64,000 nucleotides of DNA, from the NCBI GenBank assembly GCA_965215185.1, contig OZ244034.1:2112001-2176000 (forward strand), in the 5' to 3' direction. This stretch comes from Acidimicrobiia bacterium. Its GTDB lineage: Bacteria > Actinomycetota > Acidimicrobiia > Spongiisociales > ZC4RG35. Shown in pieces: positions 50,142-58,316 of this stretch; positions within the stretch are counted from its first letter, which is position 1; the number at the start of each line of letters is the position of its first letter. Made by a program: the position numbers and the translations under genes. Under the pieces are notes generated by a model, which saw only the letters and a program-made list of their open reading frames with translations, did not search any database and was not told the origin of the DNA.

Positions 50142-51133
50142 GCTTTCTCTTCCTCGTAAAGCTCGATTACATTGCCGTCCGGGTCAGCCACGTAGACCGT
50201 CAAGCCATATGGTCCGGGCCCCAGCGGGCGAACAATCCGATACCCGGCCGCCGCAACCCGTTGCTCGAACTCCGCCACTCCCCGGACCTCGAATGCGAAG
50301 TGATCGACCTGTCCGCCTTTTCCGCTGCCCCGCTCGGTGAGACCCAAGCCCTGCTCGGTGCCGATGAACCGTCTCCCATCACGAAAGGGCGCCCGGTTCT
50401 TTACCGAGAATCCCAATAGGTCCACATAGAAACGCTCAGCCGCATCCAAGTCCGTGGCCTCCAGCAACACATGACGTAAACCACTGACCACCGGTGCGGT
50501 GCTCCTCTTCGACCATTCAATCACCTCTGATGAGGTGGACAGCGCCGCAAAGTAATACCCCCATACTTCAACCGCTGACGCCTCCCACTGAGGGCGAACA
50601 CCGGTTATGCAGTCCGTCACCGCCACCACGTCGTAGTCCCTCAGATAGGCCTCGCGTATGGTGGTCTCCACGCAGGCGTTGAGCGTCACCCCCGTGACAA
50701 ACAGCGTCCGCACCCCCAGCATCCGCAACATTGCCTCAAGCCGTGTCTGATAAAAGGCCCCGAACCGGTGCTTGAGTATCACCATGGTCGGATCGTCGAC
50801 CAACTCTGCCAACTCGGCAACGATCTCCGCGTCCCAGCTTCCGGCCAGGGCCGCCACCCGGGAACGGCGCTCGGTATGGGAAGGTAGACGTTTCTGCTGC
50901 CTGCTCCGATCAGGCTGCAGGTGGGCCTGCACTGTCCAGATCACCGGAATCTCGGCCCTCTGGAACGCCTCGACCATCTCCCCGATGGGGCCATAGACGG
51001 CTTGAGCAGGGCCGACGTCGACCCCTGAATCGCCCAGAGTCCCCTCCGGATGGCAGAAGGCGTTCTGCATGTCGATCACCAGCAACGCCGACGACGCCGG
51101 ATCGAGGACCGAAAGGTTTGCTACCCGGCTCAT
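50138..51133 (-). CDS. Isochorismatase-family cysteine amidohydrolase (RutB/CSHase-like) fused to a VOC/glyoxalase domain
   Basis: IDMQN, KHRFGAF, NACVETT triad; C-terminal HVLL..FYVDLLG..DHFAF..DPDGNVIEL; start set to ATG 51133. Confidence 0.88.
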   Translation of the reverse strand: MSRVANLSVLDPASSALLVIDMQNAFCHPEGTLGDSGVDVGPAQAVYGPIGEMVEAFQRAEIPVIWTVQAHLQPDRSRQQKRLPSHTERRSRVAALAGSWDAEIVAELAELVDDPTMVILKHRFGAFYQTRLEAMLRMLGVRTLFVTGVTLNACVETTIREAYLRDYDVVAVTDCITGVRPQWEASAVEVWGYYFAALSTSSEVIEWSKRSTAPVVSGLRHVLLEATDLDAAERFYVDLLGFSVKNRAPFRDGRRFIGTEQGLGLTERGSGKGGQVDHFAFEVRGVAEFEQRVAAAGYRIVRPLGPGPYGLTVYVADPDGNVIELYEEEKA

Positions 51134-51324
51134 ACGTCGGTCCGGTCCGGGCCCAGCACTCCGGCCAGGCCCCAATTCTCCCGTGGAACATCATGGATGA
51201 TCACATGCAGGGCGTCGAGACGGGCTTCGGCATGTTCCACCATTGCCTCGGTGATGGCTTTCACCAGACGGCGTTTTTGTTCTGTGGTTCTTCCTTCCCA
51301 CATTTCCACGGTGACAACCGGCAC
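51130..51324 (-). CDS. 4-oxalocrotonate tautomerase family protein
   Basis: GTG start then catalytic Pro1 (PVVTVEMWEGRTTEQKR), Arg11, ENWGLAG; GAAGGGAG RBS. Confidence 0.9.
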   Translation of the reverse strand: MPVVTVEMWEGRTTEQKRRLVKAITEAMVEHAEARLDALHVIIHDVPRENWGLAGVLGPDRTDV

Positions 51325-51442
51325 GACGCTGCTCCCTTCATGGCTTTCGTATCTAAATTTAGGCAAGGTGCAGGCCTCACATTCCGATAGCCTTCCCGGC
51401 ATCACCCAATCGATCCCCACTGAAATCCCCTATCCCTCCTTC

Positions 51443-53197
51443 GTGTGGGAAGTCGTCGTGGTGGGGGATCGCTTGGCTGCGTTGTCTTTTGCCTCGGAAG
51501 CGGCCACCGGCGGTCTGCGGCGAGTGCTGGTGCTCTCCCCTTCCGATCCCCGGATCTATCCCAGCCGATTTGAAGCGCCGGGCGTAACCGTCCGCTACAA
51601 CACAGTCGCCCGACGAATCCTCCAGGTCCCCGGACCCACTCTGGTCGTGGAGACCACCACCGGCCCGGTGACGGCCCGAGCGGTGGTGTTGGGGTTACCC
51701 AATCCCCCACCCGCGCGGCGGTCTGCCCAACTTTCGGTGGACCCCTCGGTTTCTTCCCGTGTGTACACCCATCTCGCTCAGATGGAGGATCCACCCGGCG
51801 ATGTGGTGGTGATCGGCGAGGGTGATCAACCGGTGGAGTGGACCCTCGATCTAATGGCGGCGGGAGCCAAGGTGGTGCTGTGCATTCATCACACCGAGTT
51901 CGGCCGGATGTCTTTCCTGGCCAGACGAACGGTGCGACGTTTGGAGGCCCAACGTCTGATCACCGTCTTCTGGCGGTCCCGGCCCACGCGGGTATATGAC
52001 TTGGACGGCTATCCCATGGTGTCCTTCGACGATCGCCAGACACCTGACCTGCAGTTCGACCAGGTCTTGATTGCCGGACCCGATTACTCCGCCGCCCGGA
52101 TCACGGAAAGCGCCGGGATCGAGTTTGAGCAGGGACCCCTACCTATCCACCTGTTAGTGCACGGTAATGGCGGCGAAGAGCAAATCGAAGGGGTGGTGAC
52201 CGTCCCGGCCGACCGGGCCTGGGAAACCATCCGCTCCAGACACTTTCCATCCCTGCCGTCCTCCCCCCGTACCGCCATCCCGGCGCCGCCCGGCCAGCGT
52301 TTGTTCAACCTCGAAGACCACTATTACAACGCCACCATCACTTGGTTCCGGAGGGTCAACCCCGACCTGTGGATCGTGAGAGTGCGTCCCGATCAGCGTG
52401 ATTCTCCGCTGATCCCCGGACAGTACGCCACCCTTGGCCTCGGCTATTGGGAACCAAGGGCGGATGGCGCCGAGGACCGCCTGGCCGGTGAAGAACGGCT
52501 GGTGAGAAGGTCTTATTCCATTTCTTCGCGCATCTTCGACCCGCAGGGTTATCTCACCGATCCAGCCTATGAGGAGCACCTGGAGTTCTACATAGTGCTG
52601 GTGCCGCCCACTGCGGGACGTTTGCCTTCGCTAACCCCCAGACTCGCTCTCAAACACGAGGGGGATCGGATTTATCTGGGCCCCCGCATGGCCGGGCGAT
52701 ACACCCTGTCCACGGTCACCGATCCCTTTTCCGATGTGCTGTTCCTAGCCACTGGTACCGGAGAGGCGCCCCACAATGCCATGTTGGTGGAATTGTTTCG
52801 GAGAGGTCACCAGGGCCGGGTGGTGTCGGTGGTCTCGGTTCGGTACCCCGCCGACCTGGGGTATGTGGCCCGTCACCGGGCGCTGGAGGAACGCTTCCCC
52901 AATTATCGCTACTTACCGCTGGTCACCCGCCAGGACGCCCACGGGGCGCTGCGGATGCGCGTTCAGCAACTGATCGCCGATGATCTGGTCACCAAGGAGA
53001 CCGGACTGGAGCTCGACCCTTCCCGCCTGAAGGTTTTCATGTGTGGAAATCCGGCCATGATCGGCGTACCGGAATGGATTGATGAACAACCGGTTTTCGG
53101 CCAGACCCTGGGAGTAGCCCAGCTTCTGGCCGAGCGGGGCTTTAGTCTTCCCCGTCGGGGAACAAAGGCAAACGTCCATTATGAGGAATACTGGTAG
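51443..53197 (+). CDS. Ferredoxin--NADP+ reductase (Fpr/plant-type) with extra N-terminal degenerate thioredoxin-reductase-like region
   Basis: C-half: YNATI, PGQYATLGLG, RRSYSISS, ATGTGEAP, MCGNPAM, YEEYW; N-half: VVVVGDRLAAL, VVVIGEGDQPVE; start GTG 51443 is an estimate. Confidence 0.75.
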   Translation: MWEVVVVGDRLAALSFASEAATGGLRRVLVLSPSDPRIYPSRFEAPGVTVRYNTVARRILQVPGPTLVVETTTGPVTARAVVLGLPNPPPARRSAQLSVDPSVSSRVYTHLAQMEDPPGDVVVIGEGDQPVEWTLDLMAAGAKVVLCIHHTEFGRMSFLARRTVRRLEAQRLITVFWRSRPTRVYDLDGYPMVSFDDRQTPDLQFDQVLIAGPDYSAARITESAGIEFEQGPLPIHLLVHGNGGEEQIEGVVTVPADRAWETIRSRHFPSLPSSPRTAIPAPPGQRLFNLEDHYYNATITWFRRVNPDLWIVRVRPDQRDSPLIPGQYATLGLGYWEPRADGAEDRLAGEERLVRRSYSISSRIFDPQGYLTDPAYEEHLEFYIVLVPPTAGRLPSLTPRLALKHEGDRIYLGPRMAGRYTLSTVTDPFSDVLFLATGTGEAPHNAMLVELFRRGHQGRVVSVVSVRYPADLGYVARHRALEERFPNYRYLPLVTRQDAHGALRMRVQQLIADDLVTKETGLELDPSRLKVFMCGNPAMIGVPEWIDEQPVFGQTLGVAQLLAERGFSLPRRGTKANVHYEEYW

Positions 53198-53206
53198 AGG
53201 TCCCAA

Positions 53207-54109
53207 ATGACTGTTCCATGGAACCAAAGAGTGATCGCGGTGGTGGGAGGAGACCGTCGAGAACAGGAAATTGTCCGGCGGGCCGCGGCGACGGGAGCGC
53301 AGGTGCGAGCCCACGGGTTTCCGTGGCCGGAGCCAGGCATCATCGGAGTAAAGCTTTGCGACACCCCCGGAGCGGCGCTCGAGGGCGCCCATTATGGGCT
53401 GCTGCCCATCCCCGGCATAGCCCACGACGGCGCTCTCTTTGCCCCTGCCGCTTCCCGTCCCATCATCATCGGCCCGCAGTTACTGAAACGTATGGCTCCC
53501 GGGGCCCATCTGATCCTGGGCGCGGCCGATCATCGTCTGCGGGCGGCGGCAGACCAGAGCGCGGTGAGAATTCAGGAATACGAGGACGACCGGGAGTTGA
53601 TGCTGCAGAGGGGTCCGGCCATCGTGGAGGGCGCGGTGGAAAAGATGATCCAACTCACCGACATCACCATTCACAACGCCAGGGTGGGGGTTGTGGGCCA
53701 GGGAACTATCGGTTCGCTTCTCACCCGCACCCTGGTGCTACTGGGCGCCAGGGTGCTGGTTGCGGCCCGAAATCCCGTTCAGCGGGCGGCGGCGGAAACG
53801 ATCGGAGCTACCGCTGTTCCGCTTGATCAACTCCCCGAGCATGCCCAACGATTGGATATGCTCCTATCCACTGTCCCCGTCCAGGTGGTAGGTGACGAAG
53901 TTCTCCTGGCTCTGGCGGCCGGTTGTCTGGTAATGGATTTGGCGGCGCCGCCGGGAGGGGTCGACTTGGATCGGGCTGCAGAATTGGGACACCTCACCTG
54001 CTGGGCCAGGGGCTTGGGCGACCGGGCGCCCGTCACGGTGGGCGCCTCCCAATGGGAAGGTATCCGACGCAGAATCGAACAGATCGAAGAGGCCGCGCAT
54101 GAAAGCTGA
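53207..54109 (+). CDS. Dipicolinate synthase subunit A (DpaA/SpoVFA)-like NAD(P)-binding oxidoreductase
   Basis: IAVVGGDRRE, TDITIHNARVGVVGQGTIG, STVP, DLAAPPGGVD, ARGL..RAPVTVG resemble DpaA motifs. Confidence 0.75.
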   Translation: MTVPWNQRVIAVVGGDRREQEIVRRAAATGAQVRAHGFPWPEPGIIGVKLCDTPGAALEGAHYGLLPIPGIAHDGALFAPAASRPIIIGPQLLKRMAPGAHLILGAADHRLRAAADQSAVRIQEYEDDRELMLQRGPAIVEGAVEKMIQLTDITIHNARVGVVGQGTIGSLLTRTLVLLGARVLVAARNPVQRAAAETIGATAVPLDQLPEHAQRLDMLLSTVPVQVVGDEVLLALAAGCLVMDLAAPPGGVDLDRAAELGHLTCWARGLGDRAPVTVGASQWEGIRRRIEQIEEAAHES

Positions 54110-55445
54110 CCTGGTTGTAAGAAACGCCCGAGTGGTGACCCACACCGGAGAATTCCGGGGCGGAGTCTCGGTGGTGGGAGAACAGATCTCCACCGTGGGC
54201 AGGAACGAAGAGTTGCCACCCGCGCGGCGAATCATCGACGCCGGAGGTCTGGCTCTCATGCCGGGGGTCATCGACCCCCACTGTCATCTGGGGGTCAACT
54301 ATCCCTATGACCAGGACATGGACACCGAGACCGAAGCCGCCGCCCGGGGCGGAATAACCACCGTCCTGCTCTATATCCGCAATCTGGAGCCCTCGTATCT
54401 GCCCTTTTACCGGGACCGTCGCCGGCGCGGAGAGGCGGTGGCCCGTATCGACTTCGGCTTTCATTTCGGGATCCAAAGAGAAGAGCACATCGCCGAGATT
54501 CCTCGCATCGCGGCGGAAACCGGAGTGCAGTCTTTCAAGTGCTATTTCGGATACGAGCAGAAGAACCCAATCGGGATAGTGCCTGCCGACGACGGATGGG
54601 TTTACACCGCCATGACCAAGATCCGGGACCTTCCCAAAGGTGTGATCTCCGTTCACTGTGAAAACACCGAGATCGCCCGGTGGATAAAGCGCTCCGTGCA
54701 GGCCACTGGACGTCAGGATCTGGGCGCCTACAGCGAGTCGCGACCGGCCTTTTGTGAAGAGGAAACCATCGCCAGAATGATCTTTTTGGCCGAACTCACC
54801 GGGTGTCCACTCTATGTAGTGCACACCAGCGTGGCGGCAGGGCCAAAACTGGCTGCCCAAGCCCGCGCCCGGGGAGTGGACGTCACCATCGAGACCTGCC
54901 CCCACTATCTGGTGCGCACCGCCTACGATCCGGATCTGGACATACGCGCCAAAATCTCGCCTCCCCTGCGGGACTCCGAGCAGCAGGAAGGTCTATGGGA
55001 AGGCATTCTCGCCGGCCAGGTGGGATCGATCGGATCGGACCATGTTCCCTTCTTCCCCAAGAAGGGCGAGGACCTGTGGGAGGAAAAACCGGGGGTGGTC
55101 TCCTTTCCGTGGGAGTTGGCGCTCCTGATGGAACATGGCGTTCATCGCCGGGGGCTGCCCCTCTCCCAACTGGTGGAGTTGAATTCTTACGGACCCGCCC
55201 GCAGGTTCGGTCTCTATCCTCGCAAGGGTGCCATCCTCCCCGGCTCCGATGCCGACTTGGTGCTGGTCGATCCCGACCGGGTGGACACGGTCCGCCACAC
55301 CGGCAACGGCACCTGCATCTATGAGGGGATGCAGTTGCGGGGATGGCCGGTGATGACGGTGAGCCGCGGCCGGGTGGTGTACGAGAACGGGGAAGTGGAT
55401 CCCGACTCGCTGGGCCACGGGCGCTGCGTGACCCGCCCCGATTGA
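54099..55445 (+). CDS. Cyclic amidohydrolase (hydantoinase/dihydropyrimidinase/allantoinase/dihydroorotase family)
   Basis: DPHCH, SFKCY, VHCEN, VVH, ETCPHYL, PPLR, GSDH, GSDADLV. Confidence 0.9.
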   Translation: MKADLVVRNARVVTHTGEFRGGVSVVGEQISTVGRNEELPPARRIIDAGGLALMPGVIDPHCHLGVNYPYDQDMDTETEAAARGGITTVLLYIRNLEPSYLPFYRDRRRRGEAVARIDFGFHFGIQREEHIAEIPRIAAETGVQSFKCYFGYEQKNPIGIVPADDGWVYTAMTKIRDLPKGVISVHCENTEIARWIKRSVQATGRQDLGAYSESRPAFCEEETIARMIFLAELTGCPLYVVHTSVAAGPKLAAQARARGVDVTIETCPHYLVRTAYDPDLDIRAKISPPLRDSEQQEGLWEGILAGQVGSIGSDHVPFFPKKGEDLWEEKPGVVSFPWELALLMEHGVHRRGLPLSQLVELNSYGPARRFGLYPRKGAILPGSDADLVLVDPDRVDTVRHTGNGTCIYEGMQLRGWPVMTVSRGRVVYENGEVDPDSLGHGRCVTRPD

Positions 55446-55531
55446 ACCAACCAGCCAGATCCGCAAAAACCCCTAAAGTGCAATAGCATTCACCTTTTCG
55501 TGAGGTGAGCAGTCAGGCAAGGGAGCAAACG

Positions 55532-56128
55532 ATGAGAATTCTGGTGGTGTGGGCACATCCTTTGGCCGAGAGCTACTCGGCTGCCCTCAAGAATCGGGCC
55601 GTGTCCACCCTGGAGGAAGCCAGTCACCAAATCGACCTCTTGGATCTGTATTCCGAAAACTTCGACCCGGTTCTCTCAGCTCAGGAGCGGCGGGACTATC
55701 ACGAAATCGGACCCAACCTCGCCATTGTCCGTCCGTACGTGGAGCGCCTACAAGCCGCTGAGGGGCTACTGTTGATTTTCCCAACCTGGAGTTTCGGGTA
55801 TCCGGCCATTCTGACCGGATGGCTGCAGCGGGTGTGGATTCCCGGAGTGGCCTTCGGGCTCCGAGATGAGGGAGGTCCCATCATCCGAGGTTTGCTGGGA
55901 ATCCGGAAAGTGGCGGCCGTCACCACCACCGGGTCTCCATGGTGGTATGTGTGGGCGGTGGGCAACCCGGCCAAACGGGTGTTGAAGCGGGGTCATCGGG
56001 TCATGTTCGCCCCGGGGTGCCGGGTGAAATGGCTGGATCTCAACAATATGAACAAGGACTCCCCGAGCAAGAGGGCAAGATTCCTGACCAAATTGGAACG
56101 CAAACTCCCAGCCTTCTTCGCCGGCTAG
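55532..56128 (+). CDS. Flavodoxin-fold NAD(P)H dehydrogenase (quinone), MdaB-like
   Basis: ILVVWAHP, DLYSENFDPVL, FPTW...PAILTGWLQRV; start set to ATG 55532. Confidence 0.88.
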   Translation: MRILVVWAHPLAESYSAALKNRAVSTLEEASHQIDLLDLYSENFDPVLSAQERRDYHEIGPNLAIVRPYVERLQAAEGLLLIFPTWSFGYPAILTGWLQRVWIPGVAFGLRDEGGPIIRGLLGIRKVAAVTTTGSPWWYVWAVGNPAKRVLKRGHRVMFAPGCRVKWLDLNNMNKDSPSKRARFLTKLERKLPAFFAG

Positions 56129-56163
56129 CGGCAAGTTGCCAGAACCCTTATCGTTTCAACCGC

Positions 56164-57279
56164 TCAGCTGATCGTGATAAGTTGGCGGTTGTGGTTCACG
56201 TCGGACAAGAGGTGAGCGCCCCGGGCGGTCACCGACACCATGTCCTTGAGTTGCAGACCGAAGCCGTGGCCGGTGTCGTAGGCCAGGGGCTCGACACCGA
56301 ACACCATGCCCTCTTCCAGTATCTGATCGTGGCGAGCGCTCAAATACGGATCCTCGTGGAGGCAAAGTCCGATCCCATGGCCCACGAAGGAAAACAGCGG
56401 CAGCCCGAGCGGAGCGAAGAGCTCCTCGAATCGGTCCCACACCCATCGGCTGGAGACCCCTGGCCCGATGGCGTCCAGCAGGACATCACGGCACTCCACC
56501 AGATTGGACCAGATCTCCACCGCCGCGGGAGGTGGAGTCCCCACCACCGCAGTGCGGCATACGCCGGCGTGATACCCCTCTGCCACCGCGAAGATCTCCA
56601 CTCGACAGACATCTCCTTCGCGAAGAATCCGACCGGTAGGCCCGACGTTGGCTAGTTGGCTGCGGGGGCCGGTGGCCACGATCATCAACTCGAAATCCTC
56701 CGCTCCTCCCCGATAGATTCCATCGGTTAGGGCAGCGGCTATCTCCATCTCGGTATCCCCCGCTTTTACCGACCGCAATGCCCCGCCGATCGAGGCGTCG
56801 GCGATTCTTGACAATCGGGTCAGCAGTTCCAACTCGTCCGGGGTCTTGACCTGCCGCTGCCTCACCAACCACTGGTCGGCAGGCACCCACTCCACCTGCG
56901 GCGCAGCCTCCCGAAGGCGGGCGAAATCGGCCGCCGACAAATAGCTTAACTCCACCCCCAACCGGCCCCGCCCCAGGCCAAGACCCTCCAACAGGTGCGC
57001 CAGGCAAATCATCGGATCGTCATCGAACTCGTCCCACACCGCCATCTGGGATGTCCCCGCCCCCTGGCGGACCATACCCTCTTCCACCCCAACGCACATC
57101 ACAGCCGGATCGCCACCCGTTGGCAAGACCACCGCCGCATGCCGCCAGCGCATCAATGGATGGGAAGGCACCACGAACCCGGCCAGGTAAGCGAAGTTCT
57201 CCGGAGAAGACACCACCAAGCCGTCCCATCCCTGCTCCTCCAAGGCTGAGCGGAGACGGACGATGACTTGCTCTCTCAT
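56164..57279 (-). CDS. M24 (Xaa-Pro peptidase/creatinase fold) hydrolase
   Basis: SPENFAYLAGF, KTPDEL, GHGIGLCLHE, VEP. Confidence 0.85.
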   Translation of the reverse strand: MREQVIVRLRSALEEQGWDGLVVSSPENFAYLAGFVVPSHPLMRWRHAAVVLPTGGDPAVMCVGVEEGMVRQGAGTSQMAVWDEFDDDPMICLAHLLEGLGLGRGRLGVELSYLSAADFARLREAAPQVEWVPADQWLVRQRQVKTPDELELLTRLSRIADASIGGALRSVKAGDTEMEIAAALTDGIYRGGAEDFELMIVATGPRSQLANVGPTGRILREGDVCRVEIFAVAEGYHAGVCRTAVVGTPPPAAVEIWSNLVECRDVLLDAIGPGVSSRWVWDRFEELFAPLGLPLFSFVGHGIGLCLHEDPYLSARHDQILEEGMVFGVEPLAYDTGHGFGLQLKDMVSVTARGAHLLSDVNHNRQLITIS

Positions 57280-57394
57280 TTGGGCAATCCCTTGGGTAGT
57301 CGATTGAAGAGTAACAAGCGACGCCGGTTGGACATCCCAACGGTGCGGTATCGTTGGCGGCGCAGAACCGCGACTCTAAGGAGCCTTCCAAAAC

Positions 57395-58297
57395 ATGGAA
57401 CATGTGTCCCCCATCTCGGTTCTCGGGCCTGCCCTCCCGTTCGAAACCCTGTTCGATGTCGAGCTCCCCGGTCCGAGCGAGGGCCTCGAACTACATCCCG
57501 ATTTTGCCGCCGTCTACGGAGGGCCGCTCCGGCTTCGTCCGGCCACCGACGGACTTCCGCTCTTGGCCATGAACTTCGTGGCCGCCCACGACGGTCGGGT
57601 GGCCTTCAATCATCCTGATCACCGTGGAGGGGGCCCGATATCAGGGTTCGACGACAACGATGTCTGGCTGATGGGACTCCTTCGGGCTCGCGCCGATGCG
57701 GTGGTGATCGGAGAAGGAACGCTTCGGGCCGAACCCAGCCAAATCAACACCCCCGAGGACATTTACCCCCGGGATGTGGAGGCGTTTAACGCCCTCCGTC
57801 ATCATGAGAACCGGTCCGATCTGCCCATCTTCTCATACATCACTTTTGCCGGGAACCTCCCGCCCGAGTCTCGGGTCTTTTCCCTGGCGCAGGCCCATGT
57901 GGTGGTGGCCACCACCACCACCGGGGCCCGACGGGTCCGGGAAGCGGTCCGTCCGGCCGGCAGGTTGGACATATTGGAATTCGGAGCTGACGGCGTGGAT
58001 CTGCAGCGTTACGCCCGCATGATGGCCGACAACTATGGGGTGAATTTTCTCTTGTGCGAGGGCGGGGCCACCCTGTACGGGGCCTTCCTGGCAGCCGGAG
58101 TGGTCGATGAGCCGTTCATCACCCGTTCCCCGCTGGTGGTCGGCGAAAATCGCGACAATCGGCGTCCCAGCCTGGTGGAGGGAACCGGCTGGCTTCCCGA
58201 TCAGGCGCCGCGGATGGAGATTCTCTCGGTCCGCAAAGCGGGCAACTACCTCTACATGCGTTACCGGGCGCGATATGCCGACGGCGACCGCCGGTAA
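57395..58297 (+). CDS. RibD C-terminal domain reductase (DHFR-like fold)
   Basis: NFVAAHDG, LRARADAVVIGEGTLRAE, CEGGATLYG..LAAGVVDE. Confidence 0.85.
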   Translation: MEHVSPISVLGPALPFETLFDVELPGPSEGLELHPDFAAVYGGPLRLRPATDGLPLLAMNFVAAHDGRVAFNHPDHRGGGPISGFDDNDVWLMGLLRARADAVVIGEGTLRAEPSQINTPEDIYPRDVEAFNALRHHENRSDLPIFSYITFAGNLPPESRVFSLAQAHVVVATTTTGARRVREAVRPAGRLDILEFGADGVDLQRYARMMADNYGVNFLLCEGGATLYGAFLAAGVVDEPFITRSPLVVGENRDNRRPSLVEGTGWLPDQAPRMEILSVRKAGNYLYMRYRARYADGDRR

Positions 58298-58316
58298 GAA
58301 ATAGGAGACAGCACCA

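Noticed and set aside
51353-51362. CTAAATTTAG palindrome in the tautomerase/FNR divergent region as an operator
   Set aside because: Only 10 bp and no second copy noticed; insufficient support.
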